This document shows, piece by piece, positions 49,715 to 59,392 of a stretch of 64,000 nucleotides of DNA. This DNA comes from an uncultured delta proteobacterium. GTDB lineage: Bacteria > Myxococcota_A > UBA9160 > SMWR01. Below the pieces are notes generated by a model. It searched no databases. It was not told where the DNA came from and was given only the letters and a program-made list of their open reading frames with translations. Both the position numbers and the translations under genes were made by a program. How positions within the stretch are numbered: position 1 is the stretch's first letter; every line of letters begins with the position of its first letter. The stretch covers positions 544,001 through 608,000 of the forward strand of contig CAWHTE010000007.1 of assembly GCA_963832165.1 (NCBI GenBank). The letters run 5' to 3'.

Positions 49715-50671
49715 TTGGCACCCAACCGCAACTTTGGCGCCGAGTCGACCGCTTCGGAGGTCGTCGCGGGCCTCGATCTCTCGAACCTCTCCGCGATCAT
49801 CACGGGTGGGTCGGGCGGTCTCGGCCTGGAAAGCGCACGCGCGCTCGCCGAGGGCGGCGCAAAAGTGACGCTCACGGCGCGCGACGTCGCGAAGGGCGAG
49901 GCCGCCGCGGAACAGATCCGCAAGTCGACCGGCAGCTCGCGCATCGACGTGATGGAGCTCGAGCTCATGTCGCTCGACAGCGTGCGCGCGTTCGCGAAGG
50001 AATACACCAAGCGCCACAAGAGCCTGAACGTGCTGCTCTGCAATGCGGGCGTGATGGCGTGCCCGCTCGCGCGCACGGCGCAGGGCTGGGAGAGCCAGTT
50101 CGCCACCAATCACATCGGACACTTCCTGCTCACGGGCCTGCTCACGCCGCTGCTCGTCGCGAGTGCGCCATCGCGCGTGATCTCGGTGAGCTCGCGCGGC
50201 CACCGCTTCTCGCCGGTCGTGTTCGAAGACATCCACTTCGAGCGCCGGCCGTACGACAAGTGGAGCGCCTACGGCCAGGCGAAGACCGCCAACGTGCTGT
50301 TCGCGGTCGAGCTCGACCGGCGGCTCGCCGATCGCCGCGTGCGCGCGAACGCGCTGCATCCGGGCGGGATCGTCACGGAGCTCGGTCGCCATCTATCCAA
50401 AGACGACATCGCGGAGCTGATGTCGCGCGCGCCGGGCGGGAAGATGCTCTGGAAGACGCCCGAGCAGGGCGCCGCGACCTCGGTGTGGGCCGCGACCGCG
50501 CCCGAGCTCGAGGGCAAGGGCGGCCTCTATCTCGACGACTGCCAGATCGCGTCGCTGCGCACCGGCGAAGACGATCCGGGAGGATACGAGGCGTACGCGC
50601 GCGACCCCGAAGCCGCGCGCCAGCTCTGGACCGTGTCGGAAGAGCTCGTGGGCGAGACGTTCGGCGCCTAG
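49715..50671 (+). CDS. SDR oxidoreductase (retinol dehydrogenase/WWOX-like)
   Basis: GAGGAG RBS then TTG; TGGSGGLG, CNAGVM, FATNHIGHF, YGQAK, QGAATS. Confidence 0.9.
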   Translation: MAPNRNFGAESTASEVVAGLDLSNLSAIITGGSGGLGLESARALAEGGAKVTLTARDVAKGEAAAEQIRKSTGSSRIDVMELELMSLDSVRAFAKEYTKRHKSLNVLLCNAGVMACPLARTAQGWESQFATNHIGHFLLTGLLTPLLVASAPSRVISVSSRGHRFSPVVFEDIHFERRPYDKWSAYGQAKTANVLFAVELDRRLADRRVRANALHPGGIVTELGRHLSKDDIAELMSRAPGGKMLWKTPEQGAATSVWAATAPELEGKGGLYLDDCQIASLRTGEDDPGGYEAYARDPEAARQLWTVSEELVGETFGA

Positions 50672-50692
50672 CAGCGCGCCGAAGGAGGAAGC

Positions 50693-51457
50693 ATGCCGGG
50701 ACGCGTGGAAGACAAGGTGGCGATCGTGACGGGCGCGGCTTCGGGCATCGGCCGCGGCACTGCCGAGGTGCTCGCGCACGAGGGCGCGCGCGTCGTGCTC
50801 ACGGACGTCAACGAGGAGCTCGGCCGCGAGGCCGCCAAGGCGATCGGCGGGGACGCCGCGTTCGTGCGCCACGACGTCGCTGACGAGGCGAGCTGGAGCT
50901 CGGTGATCGACGCCACGCTCGCGCGCTTCGGCCGGCTCGACGTGCTCGTGAACAACGCGGGCATCATCATCATCGCCGACATCGAGAGCACCACCGTCGA
51001 GCAGTATCGCAAGGTGATGGCCGTGAACGCCGAGGGCGTGTTCCTGGGCTGCAAGCACGCGATCCCGGTGATGCGCACGAGCGGCGGCGGCTCGATCATC
51101 AACATCTCGTCGGCGGCGGGCCTGATCGGCACGCCGCCGTTCGCGGCCTACAGCATGAGCAAGGGCGCGGTGCGGATCCTCACCAAGACCGTCGCGGCGC
51201 ACTGCCGCGACAAGGGCGACGGGATCCGCTGCAACTCGATCCATCCCGGCGGGATCGATACGCCGATGGTGGCTGCGATCACACGCTCGGGCCGCGCCAA
51301 CATCTCCGAAATCGAGGAGCTCCAGGCGCCGGGCCGCGCGATCGGCTACGGCCAGCCCACCGACATCGCCTACCTCGTGCTCTACCTCGCCTCCGATGAA
51401 TCGCGCTTCATGACCGGCGCCGAGCTCGCGATCGACGGCGGTCTCACGGCAGTCTGA
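50693..51457 (+). CDS. SDR oxidoreductase (hydroxysteroid/cyclic alcohol dehydrogenase-like)
   Basis: TGAASGIG, NNAG, NISS, YSMSK, NSIHPG, IDGG. Confidence 0.9.
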   Translation: MPGRVEDKVAIVTGAASGIGRGTAEVLAHEGARVVLTDVNEELGREAAKAIGGDAAFVRHDVADEASWSSVIDATLARFGRLDVLVNNAGIIIIADIESTTVEQYRKVMAVNAEGVFLGCKHAIPVMRTSGGGSIINISSAAGLIGTPPFAAYSMSKGAVRILTKTVAAHCRDKGDGIRCNSIHPGGIDTPMVAAITRSGRANISEIEELQAPGRAIGYGQPTDIAYLVLYLASDESRFMTGAELAIDGGLTAV

Positions 51458-51459
51458 GC

Positions 51460-52362
51460 ATGGCACTTCCCGCCGTCGCACTCGCCGCCGTACCGGGCCG
51501 CCGCCGCGCCACGCTCGACATCGCGCGCGAGCTCGAGACGAAGGGCTTTGCGGGCGCCTACTGCGCGAGCTTCGGAGACGCGCTCGGGCTGTGCGAGGCG
51601 CTCGCGCTCACCACGTCGCGGATTCCGTTCGGCACCGCGATCGCGAACCTCTACACGCGCCAGGTCTCCGACTACGCACAGTCCGCCGCGCTCGTGCACG
51701 AGCTCTCGGGCGGGCGCTTCCACTTCGGCGTGGGTGTCTCCCACGCTCCCGTGAACGAGCGGCTCGGCGTGCGCGCGGGCAAGCCGCTCGCCGACATGCG
51801 CGCGTTCGTCGAGGGGCTCGCGAAGAACAAGCACGTCGGCGAGCTGCCTCCGATCGTGGTGGCGGCGCTGCGCAAGCGCATGGTGGCGCTCGCGGGCGAG
51901 ATCGCCGACGGGGTCGTGTTCGCGAATGCGGCGCGCTCGCACATGCGCGATTCGCTTTCGGCGCTGCCGGCCGCAAAGCGCGGCGACCCGAAGTTCTTCG
52001 TCGGCGACATGATCCCGATCTGCATCAGCGACGACCGCGCGGCCGCGATGGAGCGCAACCGCAAGACGCTCGTGATGTACGTCTCGCTGCCGAACTACCG
52101 CAACTACTGGAGCGAGGCGGGCTACGTCGAGGAGATGACGGCGATCGAGAAGGCGATCGAGCGCGGCGAGCGCGACCGCATCACCTCGCTCATGAGCGAC
52201 CGCTGGCTCGCCGACGTGACGCTGTTCGGCACCGCGGCGCAGGTGCGCGAGGGCGTGGAGGCGTGGTTCGACGCGGGTGTGCGCGTGCCGATCCTCGTTC
52301 CGTCGTCGGCGGCTGGGAATCAGATCAAGGCATTCGAGGAGCTCTTCGCCGCGTATGCGTGA
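51460..52362 (+). CDS. LLM-class flavin-dependent oxidoreductase
   Basis: TSRIPFGTAI, ELSGGRFHFGVGVSH, MVALAGEIADG. Confidence 0.85.
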   Translation: MALPAVALAAVPGRRRATLDIARELETKGFAGAYCASFGDALGLCEALALTTSRIPFGTAIANLYTRQVSDYAQSAALVHELSGGRFHFGVGVSHAPVNERLGVRAGKPLADMRAFVEGLAKNKHVGELPPIVVAALRKRMVALAGEIADGVVFANAARSHMRDSLSALPAAKRGDPKFFVGDMIPICISDDRAAAMERNRKTLVMYVSLPNYRNYWSEAGYVEEMTAIEKAIERGERDRITSLMSDRWLADVTLFGTAAQVREGVEAWFDAGVRVPILVPSSAAGNQIKAFEELFAAYA

Positions 52363-52753
52363 GACGCGTCCCGAGATCACCGTGCTCTACGACGGCGCCT
52401 GCCCGCTCTGCTCGCGCGAGATCGAGATGCTGCGCCGCCGCGACCGCGGGCGCGGCGCGATCGGGGCGATCGACATCGCGGCGCCCGAGTTCGACGCTGC
52501 GCGCTATGGCCTCGATCAGGAGCGCGTGATGGCGCGCATGCACGCCGTGCTGCCGGACGGCACCGTGGTCGAGGGCATGGAGGTGTTCAGGCGCGTGTAC
52601 TCGGCGGTCGGGCTCGGCTGGGTGCTCGCGCCGTCGCGCTGGCCGCTCTTGCGCGGCGCGTTCGACGCCGCATACGCCTGGTTCGCGCGCAATCGGCTGC
52701 GCCTGACCGGCCGCGCGCGCGAAGGCGACGGCGCGTGCAGGGCGGCGGATTAG
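52355..52753 (+). CDS. DUF393/DCC-family thiol-disulfide oxidoreductase-like protein
   Basis: VLYDGACPLC and YAWFARNR motifs. Confidence 0.88.
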   Translation: MRETRPEITVLYDGACPLCSREIEMLRRRDRGRGAIGAIDIAAPEFDAARYGLDQERVMARMHAVLPDGTVVEGMEVFRRVYSAVGLGWVLAPSRWPLLRGAFDAAYAWFARNRLRLTGRAREGDGACRAAD

Positions 52754-52756
52754 CCC

Positions 52757-53860
52757 TCAGCCCGCCACGAACTCGAGCACCCGCGCCGCGACGTACTCGA
52801 CCTGCTCGGCCGTGAGCTGCGGGTACATCGGAATCGAGATCAGCTCGCGGCACGCCTCGATCGTCACCTTCATGTCGCCGGCGCGGTGCGGAACCGTGCG
52901 CAGCGCGGGCTGGAGGTGGCCCGGATTCTTGTAGTGGATGCCCGTGCCGACACCGTGGTCGGCGAGGTGCGCGGCGAGCTCGTCGCGGCGCGGCGCGCGC
53001 AGCGCGTACACGTGGTAGACGTGTTCGTTGCCGGGGCGACACACCGGCACCTGCACGGCCGAGCCCGCGAACAGACGCCCGTAGTGCGCCGCGTGCGCTC
53101 GGCGCTGCGCGTTGCCCGCGTCGAGGCCCGGCAGCTTCGCGCGCAGCACTGCCGCCTGAAGCTCGTCGAGCCGCAGGTTGTAGCCGACGATCGCGTGCTC
53201 GAACTTCGACACGTGGCCATGGTGGCGCAGCAGGCGCACCTGCTCGGCGATCGCCGCGTCGTTCGTGGTGACGAAGCCGCCTTCGCCGACGCCGCCGAGA
53301 TTCTTCGTGAAGTAGAAGCTGAAGCTCGCCGCGTCGCCGAGGCTGCCGACCGGGCGCCCCTTGTATTTCGCACCGTGCGCCTGCGCGGCGTCCTCCACGA
53401 CGCGCAGGCTGCGCTCGCGCGCGATCTCGAGCAGCGGGTCCATGTCGGCGGCCTGGCCGTACAGGTGCACGGGCACGATCGCGCGCGTGCGATCGGTGAC
53501 GAGCGCGCGCACGGCCGCGGGGTCGAGCGTGAACGTGTCGCGCTCCACGTCGGCGAGCACGGGCACGGCGCCGGCGTGGACGATCGCCTCGATCGTCGCG
53601 AAGAAGGTATGCGCGGGTGCGATCACCTCGTCGCCGGGGCCGATGCCGCACGCGACCAGCGCCGCGAACAGCGCGTCGGTGCCGTTCGAGATGCCCATGC
53701 CGTGGGCCGCACCGCAGTAGGCCGCGAACTCCTCCTCGAAGCCCACGGTGTTGGGCCCCTGGAACAGCTGCATTCCGTCGAGGATCGACTCGAACTCGCG
53801 GAATACCTGGTCCTTCACCGGGGCGAAGGCCGCGCGCAGATCGACGAGCGGGACGTTCAT
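52757..53860 (-). CDS. DegT/DnrJ/EryC1/StrS aminotransferase
   Basis: NGTDAL, PVHLYGQ, EDAAQAHGA, SFYFTKNLG, GYNLRLDELQAA. Confidence 0.93.
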   Translation of the reverse strand: MNVPLVDLRAAFAPVKDQVFREFESILDGMQLFQGPNTVGFEEEFAAYCGAAHGMGISNGTDALFAALVACGIGPGDEVIAPAHTFFATIEAIVHAGAVPVLADVERDTFTLDPAAVRALVTDRTRAIVPVHLYGQAADMDPLLEIARERSLRVVEDAAQAHGAKYKGRPVGSLGDAASFSFYFTKNLGGVGEGGFVTTNDAAIAEQVRLLRHHGHVSKFEHAIVGYNLRLDELQAAVLRAKLPGLDAGNAQRRAHAAHYGRLFAGSAVQVPVCRPGNEHVYHVYALRAPRRDELAAHLADHGVGTGIHYKNPGHLQPALRTVPHRAGDMKVTIEACRELISIPMYPQLTAEQVEYVAARVLEFVAG

Positions 53861-54681
53861 GGCGTTTCTCCGGCGTGAGACGATAGTCCGACCCGCGCCC
53901 GAACGCGCTGGAAGCTCTCCTCGTACAGGCCGCGCGGGGTCTGGGGCCTCGGCACGCCCGGAAACACGCGGCTCGAGACATGACACAAGAGCGCGCGCGT
54001 CCACAGGCTGATCCCGCGCGCGCCCGCATTGTGCATCCGGTTGCGCAGCTCGGAGTCTTCCTTGCCGTAGCCCGAGAGCGCCTCGTCGAAGCCGTCGACG
54101 CGCTCGAACAGGTCGCGCGTGACGCCGAAGTTCCCGCCGCGAATGCGCGGGCGGTCCGCGCGGCGCCCCGCATACAGATGGTTGCGCCAGTCGGCCGCGT
54201 GGAGCCGCCACCATGTGCGCAGATCGAGCGGGCGCTCGTGTGCACCCGCGCGCACGGCCTCGGGCGTGAGACCCAGCGTCTCCTCTTCGGAGAGGAAGAT
54301 GTAGCCGCCCACGAGGAACTCGCCTGGCTGCGCGTGGCGGCGATAGGTGGCGACCCAGCTGCGATAGGGCACGCAGTCGCCGTCGAGGAACAAGAGCAGC
54401 TCGGAGCGCCCGCGCAGCGCGGCGCGGTTCTGGGCGCGCATCTTGCGAAAGCCCACGTCCTCCTGCCAGATCCAGTCGATCCGGAACGGAAGCTGCGCAG
54501 CGAGATCCGCGAGCTCGCGCTCGGCGGGCGGGTCCGAGCCGTCGTCCGCGACCACCACGTCGAAATTCGGGTCGGTCTGCGCCGCGAGCGCGGAGAGCAC
54601 CAGTGCGAGCTCGTGGGCCTGGTTGTAGGCCGCCACGACGACGGTGGTGGACGGTCCGTCGCTTCCGAACGTGGTTCGCAT
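53857..54681 (-). CDS. Glycosyltransferase family 2
   Basis: VVVAAYN, VADDGS, FLDGDC, GFDEALSGYGKEDSE. Confidence 0.9.
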   Translation of the reverse strand: MRTTFGSDGPSTTVVVAAYNQAHELALVLSALAAQTDPNFDVVVADDGSDPPAERELADLAAQLPFRIDWIWQEDVGFRKMRAQNRAALRGRSELLLFLDGDCVPYRSWVATYRRHAQPGEFLVGGYIFLSEEETLGLTPEAVRAGAHERPLDLRTWWRLHAADWRNHLYAGRRADRPRIRGGNFGVTRDLFERVDGFDEALSGYGKEDSELRNRMHNAGARGISLWTRALLCHVSSRVFPGVPRPQTPRGLYEESFQRVRARVGLSSHAGETP

Positions 54682-54732
54682 CCGCAGCGCTCGACGATAT
54701 CCTCCCGGCGCCCGCTCCACGAGGAGACCCTG

Positions 54733-55437
54733 TTGCAAGCGATCCGTGCCCTTCTCGATCTCTCGCGCGTCGACGTGCAGATCGCCGAGCTCGAGGACGA
54801 GAGGCGCGGCCTGCCCGCGGCGCGCGCGGCGCTTTCCCAGGAGCGCGAGAAGAGCCAGGCCGCGGTCGAGGCCGCGCAAGCCGCGCTGGTCGCCGCCGAG
54901 CAGGAGCAACGCCGCCACGAGGCCGCCGTCGCCGACCGCGAGGCACTCGTGACCAAGCTCGAGGGCCAGCAGCTCCAGATCAAGACCAACGAGGCCTACA
55001 AGGTACTCCTGCACGAGATCGACCAGGCGCGCGCGTCGATCTCCGACGCCGAGACCCGGATCCTCGAGGCGATGGAGGGGATCGAGGCCGCGCGCACCGG
55101 GCTCGACCGCGCGCGCGCTGCTGCGAAGGGCGTCGAGGATCGCGCCGCGCAGCAGGAGCGCGGATTCGAAGAGCGCGAGAAGTCGCTCGATCAGACGCTC
55201 GGCAACCTGCGGCGCGACCGCGAGGGGTTCGTCGGTGGCGTCGACGCGCCGGTGCTCCAGCGCTACGAGCGCATCGCCGCGCGCCGCCGACCCGCCGTCG
55301 CGATCGCGGAAAAGGGCCAGTGCAAGGGCTGCCACGTGAGCCTGCCGCCGCAGGTTCTGCTCGAGCTGCGCCGCGGCGGAGGGTTTCACACGTGCAGCAA
55401 CTGCCAGCGCATTCTCGTGCTCGCAGAGCACTTGTAG
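54733..55437 (+). CDS. Coiled-coil plus C4 zinc-ribbon protein (DUF164/CT398-like)
   Basis: GAGGAG RBS then TTG; long coiled coil with IKTNEAY; CKGCH..CSNCQRIL. Confidence 0.9.
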   Translation: MQAIRALLDLSRVDVQIAELEDERRGLPAARAALSQEREKSQAAVEAAQAALVAAEQEQRRHEAAVADREALVTKLEGQQLQIKTNEAYKVLLHEIDQARASISDAETRILEAMEGIEAARTGLDRARAAAKGVEDRAAQQERGFEEREKSLDQTLGNLRRDREGFVGGVDAPVLQRYERIAARRRPAVAIAEKGQCKGCHVSLPPQVLLELRRGGGFHTCSNCQRILVLAEHL

Positions 55438-55512
55438 GTCCGCTCCCCGACTGGGGATCCCCTCGGGGTAGGGCCGGATCCCCCACGGCTAGAACAGGTT
55501 TTTATCCTGTAA

Positions 55513-55525
55513 AATCAGCCGCTTA
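55513..55525 (+). promoter_or_regulatory. IHF-binding site candidate
   Basis: AATCAG-CCGC-TTA matches WATCAR-N4-TTR, with an upstream T/A tract, in an AT-rich intergenic patch. Confidence 0.4.
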
Positions 55526-55633
55526 TAGATTTGTGTCGACGGAGGTGTAGGCGCCTTCGCCCACTCGTCTCATGCTATGCTGCGCCGTCGACCAACCGGC
55601 TGGGGAGTCCTCCCCAACTCCAGCGGACGGGGC

Positions 55634-56672
55634 ATGAAGAACAACGATCGGTACTGGGATTGTCTCGATCAGGCGATGGAGGCGTCCCATGGTGGGCGCA
55701 CCGACGAAGCGCTCGCGTGGCTCGACGAAGCGCTGCGCGCCCACCCCGACGGTGCCGAGGCCCACAACGGGCGCGGCGAGATCCTCTGGGACGACGGCCG
55801 CGTCGAGGAAGCGCTCTACGAGTTCGAGACGTCGCTCAAGGCCGATCCCAAGTTCATCACCGCCCATCTGAACCGCGCCGAGCTCCTCGTCGAAGACATG
55901 GGCGAGTACGAGCAGGCGGTGTCGCTCTGCGACGAGCTGCTCTCGGGTCGCGTCGAGCTGCCGCGCCTGGATCGAGGCAGCGAGGGCGAGGTCCACTACC
56001 TCAAGGCCAAGGCGGTGTTCTACCTCGACGATCTCGAGGGGGCGCTGTTCCTGACCCGGCGTGCGATGAAGACCGCGGGCGAGGTCCCGGTGTACCGCGC
56101 GTTCGACGGACAGATCCTGTTCGAGCTCGGCCGCTTCGAGGACGCGCGCCGCTCGCTCGAGACCGCCACCGCGCTCGACCCCGAGTCGGGGCACGCGCTC
56201 TACCACCTCGCGCTCGTGCTCGAGCGCGTGGGCGACGGCGAGAACTCCGAGCGCGCATTCGAAGCCGCGAACGCGCTCGACCCGCAGCAGTATCCGCTGC
56301 CCGTGACGGTCGACCTCGACTTCTTCAACACTGCCGTGGCGGAGTCGATCGACAATCTGCCGCGCTCGATCCGCGAGTACGTCCAGGACGTGCCGGTGTT
56401 GGTCGAGGACTATCCGTCGCAGGCTCTCATGGACGAAGAGAGCTTGTCGCCGCAGATCCTCGGCATCTACATCGGCACGCCGCGCACCGAGAGCCGGGCC
56501 GACCCATCAGCCGATCGACGTGACGCGCGTGGTCCTGTTCAAGAAGAACCTCGAGAAGATCTGCCGCGATCGCGACGAGCTGATCGATCAGATCCAGATC
56601 ACGCTGCGCCACGAGATCGGCCATCACCTCGGTCTGTCCGAAGAGGACATGGAGCGGCTCGGGCTGGCGTAA
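55634..56672 (+). CDS. TPR-repeat plus zincin-like (DUF1025) metallopeptidase; frameshift near 56510
   Basis: Multiple TPR helices; ILGIY; the shifted frame gives VVLFKKNLEK..ITLRHEIGHHLGL, stop at 56670-56672. Confidence 0.82.
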
Positions 56673-56748
56673 TGGCCGCCCGTCAGGCGGCGGATGGCGG
56701 GCCCCTGCGCGGGACTGCCTTCGGCTTCTCCCGCCCTACACTGGCCCC

Positions 56749-58182
56749 ATGACCCTGATCGACGCGCTCGAGGCGGTCGTCGGCGCCAATCGCTGTCTGC
56801 ACCGGCGCGAAGAGCTGCTCGTGTACGAGTGCGACGCCCTCACTCTGCACACCGCGGATCCGAGCGCGGTCGTGTTCCCCGAGTCGCGCTCGGAAGTGCA
56901 GGAGATCGTGCGCGCGTGCCGCCGCCACGGCGTGCCGTTCGTGCCGCGCGGCGCCGGGACGGGGCTCTCGGGCGGCGCGCTCGCGAACGACGGCGCGGTC
57001 GTGATCGAGTGCTCGCGCATGAATCGGATCCGCGCGATCGATCCGGCCAATCGCATCGCGGTGGTCGAGCCCGGTGTGATCAACTCGGACCTCTCGGTCG
57101 CGGCGCGTCCGCACGGCCTGTTCTACGCGCCCGATCCGTCGAGCCAGCTCGCGTGCACACTGGGCGGCAACGTCGCCGAGAACTCGGGTGGACCCCACAC
57201 GCTCAAGTACGGCACCACCACCAACCACATCCTGGCGCTCGAGCTCGTGCTGCCCGACGGAAGCTGCTTCGAGCTCGGCAACGCCACGGGGTTCGCGCCC
57301 GGCTTCGACTGGGTGGGCGCGGTCGTGGGCAGCGAGGGCACGCTCGGCATCGTCACCGCGATCACGGTGCGCCTCTCGCCGATCCCCGAGTCGGTGGAGA
57401 CGCTGCTCGCGATCTTCCCCGACGTGGTCTCCGCGTGCCGCGCGGTGGGTCTCGTGATCGAGGCGGCGCTCGTGCCCGCGGCGCTCGAGATCGTCGATCA
57501 GCGCACGATTCGCGCCGTCGAGGATTCGGTATACGCGGCGGGCCTGCCGCGCGACGCGGGCGCCGTGCTGATCGTCGAGCTCGACGGCGCCGCGGTCGCG
57601 TTGCCCGCGCAGATCGAGCGCGTGCGCGAGCTGTGTGCGCGAGCGGGCGCGGATCGCATCGAGATCGCGCGCGACGAGGCCGAGCGCCAGCGCTTCTGGC
57701 GCGCGCGCAAGGGCGCGTTCGGCGCGATGGGCCGGCTCGCGCCCGATCTCTACGTGCACGACGCGGTCGTGCCGCGCCGCGCGTTGCCCGAAGTGCTCGC
57801 GAAGATCTGCGAGATCGGCGACCGCCATCGCCTCACGCTCTCGAACGTCTTCCACGCCGGTGACGGCAACGTCCACCCCAACATCTCGTTCGATCGCCGC
57901 GACCCCGAGCTGCTCGCGCGTGTGATGGCCGCGGGCGAGGAGATCCTGAAGCTGTGCGTCGCGGCGGGCGGCGTGATCACGGGCGAGCACGGGATCGGCA
58001 CCGAGAAACGCGAGTACATCTCGCTCGTGTTCAACGACGCCGACCTCGAGGCGATGCACAGGCTGCGCACCACGTTCGACCCCGAGCGCGTGTGCAATCC
58101 CGGGAAGATCTTCCCCACCACGCGCTTCTGCGCCGAGTCGAATCCGAAGGCCCGCGGCTACGACCAGGTCCCGCTGGGTTAG
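56749..58182 (+). CDS. glcD: Glycolate oxidase FAD-linked subunit
   Basis: PRGAGTGLSGG, YAPDPSS, GGNVAENSGG, GSEGTLG, HAGDGNVHP, GEHGIG, NPGK. Confidence 0.9.
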   Translation: MTLIDALEAVVGANRCLHRREELLVYECDALTLHTADPSAVVFPESRSEVQEIVRACRRHGVPFVPRGAGTGLSGGALANDGAVVIECSRMNRIRAIDPANRIAVVEPGVINSDLSVAARPHGLFYAPDPSSQLACTLGGNVAENSGGPHTLKYGTTTNHILALELVLPDGSCFELGNATGFAPGFDWVGAVVGSEGTLGIVTAITVRLSPIPESVETLLAIFPDVVSACRAVGLVIEAALVPAALEIVDQRTIRAVEDSVYAAGLPRDAGAVLIVELDGAAVALPAQIERVRELCARAGADRIEIARDEAERQRFWRARKGAFGAMGRLAPDLYVHDAVVPRRALPEVLAKICEIGDRHRLTLSNVFHAGDGNVHPNISFDRRDPELLARVMAAGEEILKLCVAAGGVITGEHGIGTEKREYISLVFNDADLEAMHRLRTTFDPERVCNPGKIFPTTRFCAESNPKARGYDQVPLG

Positions 58183-58186
58183 TCGC

Positions 58187-59392
58187 GTGAACGGCCTGGA
58201 AGCTCTCGCGCCGCAGCTCGGGGAAGCACTGCGCTCCCACGATCCGATCGCGGTCGACGGCGTTCCCGTGACGAAGACGCTCGTGCCGCGCGACGCCGAC
58301 GACCTCGCCGCGCTGCTCGCGGCGCTCGGCGAGGAGCGCTGCGCGGCGATTCCGCTCGGCGCGGGCACACAGCTCGCGTTCGGCAACGCGCCGCGCCGCG
58401 CCGACTGCTTCGTCTCGCTCGAGGCGTTCAGCGGCGTCGACGAGCTCGACGCGAGCGAGGGCGTGTGTCACGCGGGCGCGGGGACACCGCTCGCAGAGCT
58501 GCGCGCGCGCGTGACCGGGTCGGGCTGGGAGCTGCCGCTCGACGACGCGGGCCGCGGCGGTACGCTCGGCGGTGCGCTCGCCACCGCGGCGCTCGCGCCG
58601 CGCGCACTCGGCTTCGGGCGCCCGCGCGACGTCGTCCTCGGCTGCGAGGTCGTGCTCGCGGACGGCCTGCGAACGCGCTGCGGCGGTCGCGTGGTGAAGA
58701 ACGTCACGGGCTACGACATGGCCAAGCTCTACGTCGGCTCGCTCGGCTCGATCGGTGTGATCACGGGCGCATGGCTCCGCCTCCAGCCGCGGCCCGCGGC
58801 CGTGCGCGTGCTCCAGAGCGACGAGTTGAGCGATGGGGAGGCGATCCCGCTCGGCGTGCTCGCGGCGCGCCTCACCACCGCGCGCTCGTGCCTGCTCAGC
58901 GACGAGACGCGCGGAATGCGCGCGACGGTCGAGCTCGCGGGCGACGCCGCGAGCGTGGAGCGCGATGCCGCGGAGCTCGAGCAGCTCGGTCTGCGCAGCG
59001 CGAGCCCTGCGCTGCGCGACGCCGCCGCGACGCTCCGCTTCGCGGGCCTCGCGGGCTCGGTCCGGTTTGTGGTCTCCTCGCTGGCGGCGCAGCTCGCGTC
59101 GTGCGTGAAGGAGCTGCGCGGCTCGGGCGCCGAGCTGCTCGTGATGCCGGGTCTCGGGCTCGTCTGTGCGCGCGGATCGGCCGAGCAGGCCGGCGCGCTG
59201 TTCGATGCCGCGCCGCGCGCGGCGCGCGCGGGGGGCGGGCGCTGGCTCTGCGAGCGCGCACCGCACGAGGCCAAGCGCGGCCGCGACGTGTTCGGCGCGC
59301 AGCCCGCGGACACGGCGCTCTCGCGCGCGCTCAAGGCCCGCTTCGACCCGAACGACGTGCTCAATCGCGGCCGCTTCGCGGGGCTCGTCTGA
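58187..59392 (+). CDS. glcE: Glycolate oxidase FAD-binding subunit
   Basis: GTLGG, GGRVVKNVTGYDMAKL, LKARFDP..LNRGR; lies between glcD and glcF. Confidence 0.85.
   Translation: MNGLEALAPQLGEALRSHDPIAVDGVPVTKTLVPRDADDLAALLAALGEERCAAIPLGAGTQLAFGNAPRRADCFVSLEAFSGVDELDASEGVCHAGAGTPLAELRARVTGSGWELPLDDAGRGGTLGGALATAALAPRALGFGRPRDVVLGCEVVLADGLRTRCGGRVVKNVTGYDMAKLYVGSLGSIGVITGAWLRLQPRPAAVRVLQSDELSDGEAIPLGVLAARLTTARSCLLSDETRGMRATVELAGDAASVERDAAELEQLGLRSASPALRDAAATLRFAGLAGSVRFVVSSLAAQLASCVKELRGSGAELLVMPGLGLVCARGSAEQAGALFDAAPRAARAGGGRWLCERAPHEAKRGRDVFGAQPADTALSRALKARFDPNDVLNRGRFAGLV

Noticed and set aside
55438..55633. RNase P RNA or another known ncRNA after the zinc-ribbon gene
   Set aside because: The gap is too short and lacks the conserved GAGGAAAGUCC-type motif.
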